In this document: piece after piece, positions 7,456 through 17,074 of the stretch
How positions within the stretch are numbered: position 1 is the stretch's first letter
How the letters are laid out: every line of letters begins with the position of its first letter
Assembly: GCA_039586365.1 (NCBI GenBank)
Contig: JBDHKN010000047.1
Location: forward strand, 1 to 36,846
Length of the DNA: 36,846 nucleotides
DNA from: Gemmatimonadota bacterium
GTDB lineage: Bacteria; Gemmatimonadota; Gemmatimonadetes; Gemmatimonadales; GWC2-71-9
Direction: 5' to 3'
Position numbers and translations under genes: made by a program
The notes under the pieces: model-generated
The model's input: only the letters and a program-made list of their open reading frames with translations
Told to the model about the DNA's origin: nothing
Databases searched by the model: none

Positions 7456-8117
7456 CGCGTGCCTCCAGAGCCCGGCACGGACGTGGGGGCGGTCAGGCCC
7501 GCCGTGCAGAACGCCACCAGCTCCCGGAGTAGCAACTCACCACGCGGAACCTCGCAGCGCCCGCGCACCAGCAGCTCCATGTCGGCTTGGTTGGTGAGCG
7601 TATGAATCATCGCGCCAAACGTGAACAGGGTGCGGCAGGCCCGCTCAGCGACTCCAAGCTCGGCTGGCAGAGCCGTCCGGACCGCCGCGGCGAACCTGCC
7701 AATCACATCGCCGAACAGTGTGAGGAAGAACTGCTTCATCTTCGGGTCGGCAGCCACGTGCAGTTGTCCGATGAGGCGGGCGAAGTCCGGGTGCTCGTCC
7801 AACAGATCGACGATCGGACCGAAGAAGGCCCTCAGCACGGAGTCGAGCGCTGGGCGGTTGGGGCCGGCAGCGTCTTCCACCTGGTCGAGCAGAGCCAAGC
7901 GCTTCTCGTTGAGCGGCTCCACACGCCGGCGCAGCACCTCGCGGATCAGGCCGTCCCGGTCGCCGAAATGATAGTGGGCGAGCGCCACATTCACGCCGGC
8001 CTCTACCAGAACCCTACGAACCGAGACCCCCTGCACCCCGTGCTGGGAGAAGAGCCGCTCGGCGGTGTCGAGAATCGCGGTCTTGGTGTCCTTGTCGCGC
8101 TCTGTACTTGCTTGCAT
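7452..8117 (-). CDS. TetR/AcrR family transcriptional regulator
   Basis: TKTAILDTAERLFSQHG…VSVRRV…AGVNVALAHYHFG HTH. Start set at ATG 8117, with GGGGAG upstream (ORF track 8168). Confidence 0.92.
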   Translation of the reverse strand: MQASTERDKDTKTAILDTAERLFSQHGVQGVSVRRVLVEAGVNVALAHYHFGDRDGLIREVLRRRVEPLNEKRLALLDQVEDAAGPNRPALDSVLRAFFGPIVDLLDEHPDFARLIGQLHVAADPKMKQFFLTLFGDVIGRFAAAVRTALPAELGVAERACRTLFTFGAMIHTLTNQADMELLVRGRCEVPRGELLLRELVAFCTAGLTAPTSVPGSGGTR

Positions 8118-8244
8118 TCCTGACTCCCCGTGATCGATACCGGGACCGAGATCGCGGTCACCCGCCACTTCATCGAGAAACGGCGCCCAACGGCAGCCCT
8201 TTATGCATACGTACGCTATATTTGCAGCATTGCTAGCTGCATGA

Positions 8245-8275
8245 TTAAATAAATCGATTGATTAAAACCTGTCAA
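8245..8275 (-). promoter_or_regulatory. Candidate TetR operator overlapping the promoter
   Basis: 22-bp imperfect palindrome TTAAATAAATCGATTGATTAAA (8245-8266, 9 of 11 pairs), immediately downstream of a minus-strand TTGACA (8275-8270). Confidence 0.65.
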
Positions 8276-9052
8276 GAAGCGGGACCGGACGTGTTGTTGA
8301 GGTGAGGGGACTAATTGCGAGCTCAAACGGATGGTGACGCGGACGACAGCCACACCCTCGCGGCGGGCCAGGTTCGCCAGGCGATCTGAATGGCCTAGCT
8401 GGACTCCGACACCTTTGATGCACGCTCCTCTGCGCTCAGGCGCCCGGTCCGAGCACCCAACTCACAACATCTCACCTTGCGCGACATCTCCCGCCCCCTC
8501 TTTTCGGCCACCTGACGGGACAGTTCGCGGTCAAGCGAGCTACATCATATTGATGGGAGCAAGCAAATGATTCCAGAGTGCTCTAGACGTTTGATATTGT
8601 ACTCTCATCAATTTAGTTACTAGATTTTATTAGTTATATTATGTAATTGTTAGTACGATGAGCTGCATAGATATTCCTTATCATGTTCTCATTATTATAA
8701 TGTAAGCTTACTTCATAGTGTTGCTTACACCGCCTCATCTGAACGATGTCGCGCCTGGAAATGTAAAGTAGTTGTCAGTAAAGCACTTAGGCAAGAAACG
8801 ACTGAGGGATCCCGCAATGGCCATCTTCCTGACGACGGAGGCCGCATCATCGCCCAGGCGCACAGCCTGATCGCCATTGCTGAACGAGCTGCCGCTTTGG
8901 TCAGGGCAGCCAGGCCCCGGTCACCCATCCTCCGCCGTGCACTGGTGTCGCTAGCGTCGTGAACGCCGGTTTGGGACCTTGGTTAGCGTCGGCGTAAGCG
9001 GGCACGGCTCAGGACATCCTGCTAATGATTGCTCTGCTCTCGAGCCTGCAAC

Positions 9053-10198
9053 TCAGCTCACTCCCCTGAGGATGTAGTTGTATAGCGCGAGGTGTGGGAC
9101 GGCGTCCGACATGCCGCACTCGTATGTCCCGCTGCAACCGAAGAACACCACTACCAAATCCAGGCTCGGGATCACGAACAGCTTCTGACCGCCGTACCCG
9201 CTGGCGACCCAGATGTCGTTCCGATTGGGGATCCTGCCGTCATTGTCCTGTAGTCCATTGAGCCACCACTGGAATCCGTACCACGTCATAGCCTGGTATG
9301 ACTTAGTCCATGGGCGGACCGCGGCATCAACCCAGTTCTCGTGCAGGAGCTGCCGGCCACTCCACTGCCCGCGTTGCAGGTAGAGTTGCCCGATCTTGGC
9401 GAGGCCCCGTGCGGTGAGGCGCAGTCCGTAGTCACCGATCGTGAGACCGCTGGTCATGTGCAGCCAGTCGTACCGGGTTATGCCGAGCGGCTCGAATAGC
9501 TCCCGCGCGGCGAACGTGTCCGCCGGCTGCCCCGACACATTGCGGACGATCGCGACCAACAGGTTGGACAGACCACCCGAGTACAGAAACTCCGTTCCAG
9601 GCTCCGCCACGACCGGTCGCTCGAGCACGTACCGCACGGGGTCGGCTGCCTCGAGCACTCTGCGGCCATGTGTGTCCAGCTCCGACGGGTGCCTTCCCTC
9701 GTCCCACTCGAGACCGGCCGTCATCGTCAGCACATGAGAGAGCCGGATGTCACGCTTCCGAGGATCGGCTTCGAACATATCCGCATGGTCCGGGAAGAAG
9801 TCCGCGATGGACTGCTCGTAGCTGCCGACCAGCCCCTGCAGTGCCGCGATGCCCACTAGCGTCGAGGCCACGCTCTTGGTGGCGGAATTGAGCACGTGGA
9901 GACTGTCGATCCCGACGTATGGTTGGAAGTAGCCCTCGTACACTATCGTCCCGTGGCGCGCGATCAACAACGTGTGGATCTCCTCGAGATCGCCGTGCGT
10001 GATCTCGCGCTGCAGCAAGCCAATTCTGTCGGGGTCGATGCCGTGGTCCGCGAGCGTACCGACCGGCCATCCGTCGGCGCGTTGCATGGGCATATCCGGC
10101 AGTTCGATCGGTGGAGCCACAGGGGAGTCGCCACATCCCGCCAGCGCCGCGGCCGCACACAGCGCGGTCCACTCGATTACGATTCGAGCCAACTTCAT
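9053..10198 (-). CDS. Serine hydrolase lipoprotein, beta-lactamase class C/NylB-like family
   Basis: Lipobox LAGC, SxxK motif (NSATKS), LTMTAG, PGTEFLYS, LFEPLG, YGFQWW and ASGYGGQ. Confidence 0.93.
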   Translation of the reverse strand: MKLARIVIEWTALCAAAALAGCGDSPVAPPIELPDMPMQRADGWPVGTLADHGIDPDRIGLLQREITHGDLEEIHTLLIARHGTIVYEGYFQPYVGIDSLHVLNSATKSVASTLVGIAALQGLVGSYEQSIADFFPDHADMFEADPRKRDIRLSHVLTMTAGLEWDEGRHPSELDTHGRRVLEAADPVRYVLERPVVAEPGTEFLYSGGLSNLLVAIVRNVSGQPADTFAARELFEPLGITRYDWLHMTSGLTIGDYGLRLTARGLAKIGQLYLQRGQWSGRQLLHENWVDAAVRPWTKSYQAMTWYGFQWWLNGLQDNDGRIPNRNDIWVASGYGGQKLFVIPSLDLVVVFFGCSGTYECGMSDAVPHLALYNYILRGVS

Positions 10199-10908
10199 CG
10201 GTCACGCTCCTTCCGGCCGGTAGCGAGCCGCTCCCTGCTCTGTCGGCCTACTGGCACGCTGAATCCCAGCGACAGGTGAATGGCAAGGTTTCTGGCGAAG
10301 CCTGGCGGAAGTGGGTCCCTCTTGAAGTCAAGTAGTCCCAAATCGCCTAGCGCGTCCAGAAATAACGAACCCGAAGCCACCGGATAGCTCACTCCCAATC
10401 CCAAAACCACCCCAAGATCCAGCTTTCTGCGGCTCGTGCCGATGAACGGATCGTCACAGTTGCCCGCACCGATCCCCGCCACGCCGCTTACCCGGCAGCG
10501 AAGCTGCACGGCGGCGGTGGGACCCAGCATGAGATGGGGCGACACGCGTGCTGGAATGCGGAACCTCAGGAGAGCCGGAAGTACTAAGTAGTCGGACTCG
10601 ACCGCTCCGAAGTGCGCGCCTCCGCGATCGTCGAATCCTTTGCGACTCCACAGGGCGTCCACTTCGATTTCTAGCCACCGCGATATCCCGTATGCGAGCA
10701 GGACGCCCGCATGGGGCCCGCTGCGTACACCCATTTGGTCGGCGGCGTACGGATCCTGCCACAGGACCCCCCCAAACGTGAGCCCACCCCGCACACCGAG
10801 TGAGGTTCCCTGCGCCACGCTTGACTATCCGTAGCTAGTGGCTACAAACACGATCCAGAGGGTCAGGAGCCGGCGACCCCACATCGGTCTCGTCACGCTG
10901 TTCCGCAT
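10195..10908 (-). pseudogene. Outer-membrane beta-barrel (PorT/porin-family-like) gene interrupted by an in-frame TAG in its signal peptide
   Basis: ATG 10908 with GAGG RBS gives MRNSVTRPMWGRRLLTLWIVFVATSYG-TAG(10827-10825)-SSVA^QGTSLGVRGG…, in frame with ORF 10195..10818, which has alternating beta-strand motifs and a C…C loop. Confidence 0.6.
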
Positions 10909-10971
10909 ACGGTTGCCTCTCTGAACGAACTCATGTGACGGGTTATACTGTTCGGAATAGTATGGAATATA

Positions 10972-11000
10972 TATATATGTAGTAAATCTATTTGCGTCAA
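10972..11000 (-). promoter_or_regulatory. Probable sigma70 promoter for the OMP-hydrolase pair
   Basis: TTGACG (11000-10995), 17-nt spacer, TATATA (10977-10972), within an AT-rich patch. Confidence 0.5.
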
Positions 11001-11254
11001 GTGTATGTTGCAGGCGAGGTATTCTTCCCCTGCAGACAACCGTGGTTACGAGACTTCGTGTGCGCTTGAGGACGCTCGGGTCGCTTACGTTAGCCACGCA
11101 GTGTGCCGATTGCAGCCTGTCTCCGAGGCCCCAACGATCTCTCTGTCACGGTGGGATAGCGCTCACATCTCCTCACGCGTCCCACAGGGATCCACACGTT
11201 GAAAGAGTGGCGTCGAAGCTTGCAGCCGGAAGCAAGCGAGACCGCCGACCCGCC

Positions 11255-11297
11255 TTGCAGAACGAGGCGTATTACATATATTGATAACATGTATATG
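11255..11297 (+). promoter_or_regulatory. PadR promoter with overlapping palindrome (candidate autoregulatory operator)
   Basis: TTGCAG (11255-11260), 16-nt spacer, TATATT (11277-11282). CATATA-N11-TATATG at 11275-11297. Confidence 0.5.
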
Positions 11298-11326
11298 TCA
11301 AGTGCCTCTATTCTTAGGAAACACCA

Positions 11327-11692
11327 ATGTCCCAGGACCCATCTACTGTCTCGTCTCTGCCTCTGAACCCAAGGACCTTCATGATCCTCCTCGCGTTCGC
11401 GGAAGGCCCGGCGCACGGGTACGAGATCAAGAAACGGGCGGAGGAAAGATCCGGTGGCAGCGTGCAGTTCGATGCCGGGTCCCTGTACCGGTCGATTGCC
11501 CAACTCCTCGACCAAGGTCTGATCGAGCAAATAGCGGCGCTTTCCGGCACGAAAGTGAGCGACGCCCGGCGTCGGTACTACAGCCTCACGACTCTCGGCA
11601 GAGAATTGGTGGCCGCGGAAGCTCGTCGCTTGGCAGGACTGGTGGACTGCGCCAGAGGCCAGGATCTCATCGATAGCCCCGAGCCGGCGTGA
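11327..11692 (+). CDS. PadR family transcriptional regulator
   Basis: ILLAFAEGPAHGYEI, GSLYRSI and RRRYYSLTTLG motifs. Overlaps the permease start (GTGA). Confidence 0.95.
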   Translation: MSQDPSTVSSLPLNPRTFMILLAFAEGPAHGYEIKKRAEERSGGSVQFDAGSLYRSIAQLLDQGLIEQIAALSGTKVSDARRRYYSLTTLGRELVAAEARRLAGLVDCARGQDLIDSPEPA

Positions 11693-14406
11693 TGAGCCGC
11701 CGGAGGAAGGTCCCACCGCCATTGGCACGGGCTCTCTTCTCAATCTTCCTGCTGATCTACCCTCGCACCATTCGTGCGCGGTTTGGCCCCGAGATGCGTC
11801 GCTTCCTCAGCGACAGCTATCAGGAGCGCGCTGGGGCTAACACCGCACTAGGGGCAACGCGGTTCTGGTGCCGGACCTACTGGGCATTGATCGCGAACGG
11901 GATAGGAGCTTGGATAGACTACCGGAGGAGCAAAGCGACTCTCCGCGAATACCGGCCGCAGTTCACGGCGGTACCGCACCTAGGTTTGCCAGAGCACGTA
12001 TCAAGACTGGTTCGCACCCTGCGCCACGCTATTCGCAGCCTGGCCCGCAGTCCCGGTTTCTCACTCACCTCCATGCTCACTCTGGGGCTCGGAATCGGCG
12101 CGTGCACCGTGATCTTCAGCGTCGCTTACCCAATCCTAATCTCCCCATTGCCGTATCCGAGGTCCGACGAGATCACCGTGCTGAGCGAGGTCAGTCCCGG
12201 CCCGGATGGGAGTAAGGGGTGGGTGTCGCCACTCACCTTCAGAGACTGGCAGGAGCGAAGCGAGCACTTCGAGCGAATCGCTTCCTACCGTTTGAATCTG
12301 TTCACTTGGACCGGCGACGCCGAGCCCGCGATGCTCAGAGGCTGGGCCGTCTCGGAGGACTACTTTCCCCTGCTGGGCGTGGGTATGACCCTGGGACGCG
12401 GGTTCACTGCTGATGAGGATCTACCGGGCGGCGAGCGCGTCGTAGTCATCTCCTACGCGTTCTGGCGTCAGCACTTCGGCTCGGATCGCGATGTTCTGGG
12501 CCGGACCATGACCTTAGACGGGTCTCCATACACAATCGTCGGCGTGGCAAGCCCTTCAATCGACTTTCCTTCCCGCGGCGATTACTGGATTCCGGCGGCG
12601 ACCGACTACAGCCGGGAGATGCGCGACTTTCGCTATCTGGGCGTGCTCGGCCGCCTGCGACCCGGCTCCAGCCTGCAGGATGCACGGGCCGGGTTGGAGC
12701 GGATCTCGCGCCAGGTGGAGACTGAGCACCCGGAGACCAACTCGGGTTGGGGCGCGGACGTTACGGGGCTAAGGGACCGTCAAGTGGGCCGCGTTCGTCC
12801 GGTTCTCGTGGGGATGGCGGTGGCCGTGGTCCTACTACTCATCATAGCCATCGGAAACACCACGAATTTGGCGATCGCCCGCAGCACAGGAAGACAGACG
12901 GACACTGCGGTCCGCCTGGCTCTCGGTGCTGGTCGCCCTGCAATCACCCGGCAGTTCGTTACCGAGGCGCTGCTGCTTTCGCTGGCGGGGTGCGCTCTCG
13001 GCGTGCTACTGGCCGCCTGGGGTACCCCCGCATTCGCCACCACGGCACTCCCACGAGTAGAGGAGGTCACCGTCGACACGAGATGTCTCGTCTTTGCGTT
13101 GACCGCGGCCGCCGTGGTGGGACTAGCCCTCGGTCTCCTGTCCGCATTCGTCTCAGGGGGCCGCAATCTGAGCGAGACCCTGCGCGCCGGCGGACCCGGT
13201 CGAACGGCGCCCACCCGCGCCCACCGAATCAGGGAGGCAGTGTTGACCACGCAGGTGGGACTCGCGCTCTCGCTCCTCATCGGGGCAACTCTGTTGGCAC
13301 AGAGTCTGTGGACCCTCGGCCGGGTTGACGCTGGTTTCTCTCCGGACAGCCTCCTCACCTTCAGTTACGACTTACCTGGTTCCTCGTATCCGGACCCCGC
13401 TGCGGAACGAGCCTTCTATCGTGACGCCCTGTCGCGCATCCAGAGCATACCCGGCGTCGAGGCGGCGGGGATCGTCACGCCCATCCCCATGGAGATGGGC
13501 AGCGTTCCCACGTCCTGGTCGCTCTCTGCCGAGGTCGCCGACCCATCCAACCAGATCGCGATGGCCCACATGCGCAACGTGACCTCGGGATACTTCGAGA
13601 CGATGGGCATCAGACTACTGAGCGGCCGCTTGATCTCGGACGCGGACAGGGAGGACTCCGAGCAGATTGCCCTCGTCAACCGTTCCTTCGTCGATCGCTA
13701 TCTCCGGGGTCATGACCCGCTGGGCGTCAGAGTCTCGCCTGGAGAGCCCAGCGCGGACGAAACGGATTGGCTCACCATCGTGGGAGTAGTCGACGACGTT
13801 CGCTTCCGGGCGCTCACCGCTGCAGCAGAACCGGAGATCTACCTGCCGATGCTCCAGGTGCCCTCCGGTTGGGGCCATCTAGTCGTCAGATCAGGAAACC
13901 CGCCCGATGAGTTGGCCAGGTCCGTGACGCAGGCGGTGCAAACGGTCGATCCGGATCTGCCTCTGGCGGACACCAAGACCGGGGAGGAGATCATCGCTGG
14001 TCAGCTCAGGATATCCAGGCTCAGCACCAAGCTCACGTCACTCTTCGCGATACTCGCAACTCTAATGGCCGCGGTGGGAATCCTGGGGGTGCACTCGATT
14101 GTGGTGGCTCAGCGGATGAAGGAGATCGGACTGCGGATGGTTCTGGGCGCCCAGCCCGCCGGAATCTGGAGATTCGCGTTGCTCCGGGGCATGCGACCGG
14201 TACTCAGCGGTATCGCCCTGGGAATAGGCGTGTCACTGGCCGCCACGCGCTTGCTGGAGAGCCAGGTGTACGACGTCAACACACTGAATGCTATGGCGTT
14301 CTTCCTCCCCGGCACGGGCTTGGTGGCGGTCGGCCTGCTTGCGTGCCTGGTCCCGAGTGCGCGAGCATCGGCTGCAGATCCTGTGGACCTGCTGCGGTCA
14401 GAGTGA
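11689..14406 (+). CDS. ADOP-type duplicated ABC transporter permease (MacB_PCD/FtsX repeated twice), no ATPase adjacent
   Basis: N-terminal YPRTIRARFGPEM extension, RSLARSPGF, LGLGIGA, AVRLALGAGR, EIGLRMVLGA and terminal DPVDLLRSE. Paired with PadR, as is typical of this family. Confidence 0.93.
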   Translation: MMSRRRKVPPPLARALFSIFLLIYPRTIRARFGPEMRRFLSDSYQERAGANTALGATRFWCRTYWALIANGIGAWIDYRRSKATLREYRPQFTAVPHLGLPEHVSRLVRTLRHAIRSLARSPGFSLTSMLTLGLGIGACTVIFSVAYPILISPLPYPRSDEITVLSEVSPGPDGSKGWVSPLTFRDWQERSEHFERIASYRLNLFTWTGDAEPAMLRGWAVSEDYFPLLGVGMTLGRGFTADEDLPGGERVVVISYAFWRQHFGSDRDVLGRTMTLDGSPYTIVGVASPSIDFPSRGDYWIPAATDYSREMRDFRYLGVLGRLRPGSSLQDARAGLERISRQVETEHPETNSGWGADVTGLRDRQVGRVRPVLVGMAVAVVLLLIIAIGNTTNLAIARSTGRQTDTAVRLALGAGRPAITRQFVTEALLLSLAGCALGVLLAAWGTPAFATTALPRVEEVTVDTRCLVFALTAAAVVGLALGLLSAFVSGGRNLSETLRAGGPGRTAPTRAHRIREAVLTTQVGLALSLLIGATLLAQSLWTLGRVDAGFSPDSLLTFSYDLPGSSYPDPAAERAFYRDALSRIQSIPGVEAAGIVTPIPMEMGSVPTSWSLSAEVADPSNQIAMAHMRNVTSGYFETMGIRLLSGRLISDADREDSEQIALVNRSFVDRYLRGHDPLGVRVSPGEPSADETDWLTIVGVVDDVRFRALTAAAEPEIYLPMLQVPSGWGHLVVRSGNPPDELARSVTQAVQTVDPDLPLADTKTGEEIIAGQLRISRLSTKLTSLFAILATLMAAVGILGVHSIVVAQRMKEIGLRMVLGAQPAGIWRFALLRGMRPVLSGIALGIGVSLAATRLLESQVYDVNTLNAMAFFLPGTGLVAVGLLACLVPSARASAADPVDLLRSE

Positions 14407-14623
14407 GGCGCGTATCGCCCATGCGATCTGACCGGCAGCACACCTCGAACCGCGCGTAGCTCAAGCTCACCGACACGGTGCCGGGGCCGGCTCAAGGCTC
14501 CGTTGGTATAACCCAACTACGTATTTCGTGTAGCGAGTGTCCCAGCGAAAGCCGGTCGATTCTGGGTGCCGAGCATTCGGACCTGGCACGTCACAACGCG
14601 ACAAGTCACCAACGGAGGAAGTA

Positions 14624-15865
14624 ATGAAGTGTGCAGGAGATAGCGGTCACGGCGACCATCGCAAGAATGCATTTCACCGGGTCCGACGGGCTGGGGTGAT
14701 CCTCAGCCTCCTCGGGATGGCGCCGGCCTGCTCCGAGATAACGGAGGTCGCGTCCCCGGATCTGGCGGTGGTGGTCGCGCGCGACGGTCTACCCTTCACC
14801 GTCCAGGCGATTCCTGGCGAGATCCTCGATCGGATCTCGCCCCATCAGGTAGTCCTGGTCGGCGAAACGCATTTTCTTCGGGAACATCGCGAACTCATGA
14901 CAGGGCTCGTGCGGGACCTGCACGCCCGGGGCTTTCGCCAGTTGCTGCTGGAATGGCCGCATATGGCGGACTGGTTGCTCACCGATTTCGTCGAGGATCT
15001 GCAAAACGAGCCCGACTGGGAGCCTCCGGTCTCACTCGGGGGCGACCTGATCACTGCGATTCGTGACTTCAACCGCACGCTGCCGGCCGTCGAGCGGGTC
15101 CACGTGCGCGGGATCGACGTGAATCTCAATGATTACGGCGGCGCCCGCGACTTCCAGGGCCTGCTGCGGAGGCTGGCACGCCACCTCGCTAGCGCAGGAC
15201 CCGTCGCCGAGCTACTCCAGGACGGCTACGACACGCCCGCAAGGCAAACGGTAGCAATCGAGACCCTGCAAGAGGCACTGCGAACCGACCGAGCTGACCT
15301 ACGGGACTCCTGGGGAGCGTACTGGTACGACACCGTGGCCGAGATGGTTGAGGTGGAGCTGGCCAGCGTGAGCATCCGCGCCATGAGGCAAGACCACTAC
15401 GATCTCACGGTGAGACTGCGCGAGAGCGTCATGAAGCGCCTCGCCGACCTGAGGCTGGACGGGTATGCCCCCGGCACGCTGATCAACGTCGGCGGCAACC
15501 ATGCTCAGAAGGAATACCTCAAGGGCACCGATCAGCAGTGGCTGGGCGACTACCTCGTGCACGAGAGTGCTGCGGTCGGAGGATCGGTGATCGTCCTCAA
15601 CATCAACCCGGCGCGGATAGTGACCGGCTCGGGAGGTGCGACCACGCTGTTCGACATCCGTGATGCCTCGCCCGCTAACGAGCTCTGGCGCTTGATGAAC
15701 GAGGCCTGGCCGGATCGGGCGGTCTTTCTGCCGCTGGATGACCCCGTCTTCGCGGCAGGCGGCGTCCCCATCAACTACGAGGGGACGATATACCTGGCTG
15801 CTCCCAAGCGACAATACGATATTCTCGTGCTCTTACCACTGGCCCACCGTGTGCCACTTCAATGA
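14624..15865 (+). CDS. Erythromycin-esterase/ChaN (EreA-like) superfamily lipoprotein
   Basis: VVLVGETH, LLLEW, VRGIDV, RESVM and GGNH match the EreA-type catalytic pattern. Lipobox-like APAC. Start set at ATG 14624 after GGAGG (ORF track 14537). Confidence 0.7.
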   Translation: MKCAGDSGHGDHRKNAFHRVRRAGVILSLLGMAPACSEITEVASPDLAVVVARDGLPFTVQAIPGEILDRISPHQVVLVGETHFLREHRELMTGLVRDLHARGFRQLLLEWPHMADWLLTDFVEDLQNEPDWEPPVSLGGDLITAIRDFNRTLPAVERVHVRGIDVNLNDYGGARDFQGLLRRLARHLASAGPVAELLQDGYDTPARQTVAIETLQEALRTDRADLRDSWGAYWYDTVAEMVEVELASVSIRAMRQDHYDLTVRLRESVMKRLADLRLDGYAPGTLINVGGNHAQKEYLKGTDQQWLGDYLVHESAAVGGSVIVLNINPARIVTGSGGATTLFDIRDASPANELWRLMNEAWPDRAVFLPLDDPVFAAGGVPINYEGTIYLAAPKRQYDILVLLPLAHRVPLQ

Positions 15866-15877
15866 GGATCTGAAGCC

Positions 15878-16384
15878 ATGTCGTACAATCTCATTCTAAA
15901 ATCGGTGGCGCTCCTCGTCCTGGGAGTTGGCGTGAATGGCGGTATCGCCGCCGCGCAGGTGTCGGTTGGCATTCAAACCGACTGGGGCAGCGACACGGGG
16001 GTCGGGGTGGGATTCCAAACCGTTTTCGACCTCGGCGCTATTGTGAAGGGTCTGGAAACGGTGGGGTCGTTTCACTATTTCTTCCCCGGCACTCGCCACG
16101 GGGCTCAAGCTACCTACCGGGAGCTGAACACCAATCTGGTCTACCGAATCGACATTGCAGATCAGCCTGTGACACCGTATGTAGGCAGCGGGTTCAACGT
16201 CTCATATACAAAGGCATCGGTGCGCGTGCTCGACATCGACGCCTCGGGCAGCGAGATCCTGAACGGGCTCAACGTCCTGTGCGGTCTGATGTTCGACGTC
16301 GGTCGGTTCAGGCCGTTCGTCGAAGGGAGACTGACGACGGGTGGCGGCAGGCAGTTCGTCGCGAGCGCGGGTCTGCGCTTCTGA
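15878..16384 (+). CDS. Small outer-membrane beta-barrel protein (OmpA/OmpW-like 8-strand)
   Basis: Signal peptide ending AAA^Q, PYVGSG strand, alternating hydrophobic strands, and C-terminal GLRF. Confidence 0.82.
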   Translation: MSYNLILKSVALLVLGVGVNGGIAAAQVSVGIQTDWGSDTGVGVGFQTVFDLGAIVKGLETVGSFHYFFPGTRHGAQATYRELNTNLVYRIDIADQPVTPYVGSGFNVSYTKASVRVLDIDASGSEILNGLNVLCGLMFDVGRFRPFVEGRLTTGGGRQFVASAGLRF

Positions 16385-16507
16385 GCGGAGCCTTCGACGG
16401 TACCACTAGATCCAGCTCCGGCGCCGGCTATCTTGTTATGTTCCGTCCGGCGAGCCGATTGAGTTCAGCGCGCGTGTTCCTGTGAACCGTATCACAATGG
16501 TGGGATC

Positions 16508-17074
16508 ATGGCAGCACGAGGACAGTGGATTGCGGTGGGTACCATCGTCGGATTCCTGGCCGCAGCACTTCTCGCAGGAATGGCTCTCATGCCAGAACTC
16601 AAGCCAATCCGACCCGGCAGCCAGGCCCCTGACTTCACCGCCGTGAATCTGGCCACGGGCGACACGGTCCAGTTCGTAGATTTCGCCGGCCAAGTGATTC
16701 TCCTCAATATATGGGCTACCTGGTGCGTGCCTTGCGAGGCGGAGATGCCCTCGATTCAGCGACTGCACGAGGCGCTGAGCGACAGCGGCTTGAAGATCTT
16801 GGCCGTGAGTGTCGACGTCGATGAGTCCGACCAGGTACTGGAGTGGGTGCGCGATCGGAATCTCACCTTCGACGTCTTTCAGGATCGCACGCGCCGCATC
16901 GAGAAACTCTACCAGACAACCGGCGTGCCCGAGAGCTTCGTGATCGACTCCAGCGGCGTGATCGTGCGGTGGGAGATCGGCGACAGAGACTGGAACGATG
17001 CAGCCCGACGGGCGCTGTTCAGACGTCTCCTGGGCCTGAACGAGCGTACCAACCCGACCGAGAACACATCCTAG
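16508..17074 (+). CDS. TlpA/ResA-like thiol:disulfide oxidoreductase
   Basis: N-terminal TM segment, APDFT, LNIWATWCVPCEAEMP and GVPESFVID. Confidence 0.93.
   Translation: MAARGQWIAVGTIVGFLAAALLAGMALMPELKPIRPGSQAPDFTAVNLATGDTVQFVDFAGQVILLNIWATWCVPCEAEMPSIQRLHEALSDSGLKILAVSVDVDESDQVLEWVRDRNLTFDVFQDRTRRIEKLYQTTGVPESFVIDSSGVIVRWEIGDRDWNDAARRALFRRLLGLNERTNPTENTS

Noticed and set aside
8725..8928. 67-aa minus-strand ORF (and 8331..8570 on plus) in the gene-free gap
   Set aside because: No domain, motif or convincing composition.
9053..15865. Calling the serine hydrolase, Ere-like and Rph-like proteins antibiotic-resistance genes
   Set aside because: Only superfamily-level motifs are visible, and these families are mostly non-resistance enzymes.
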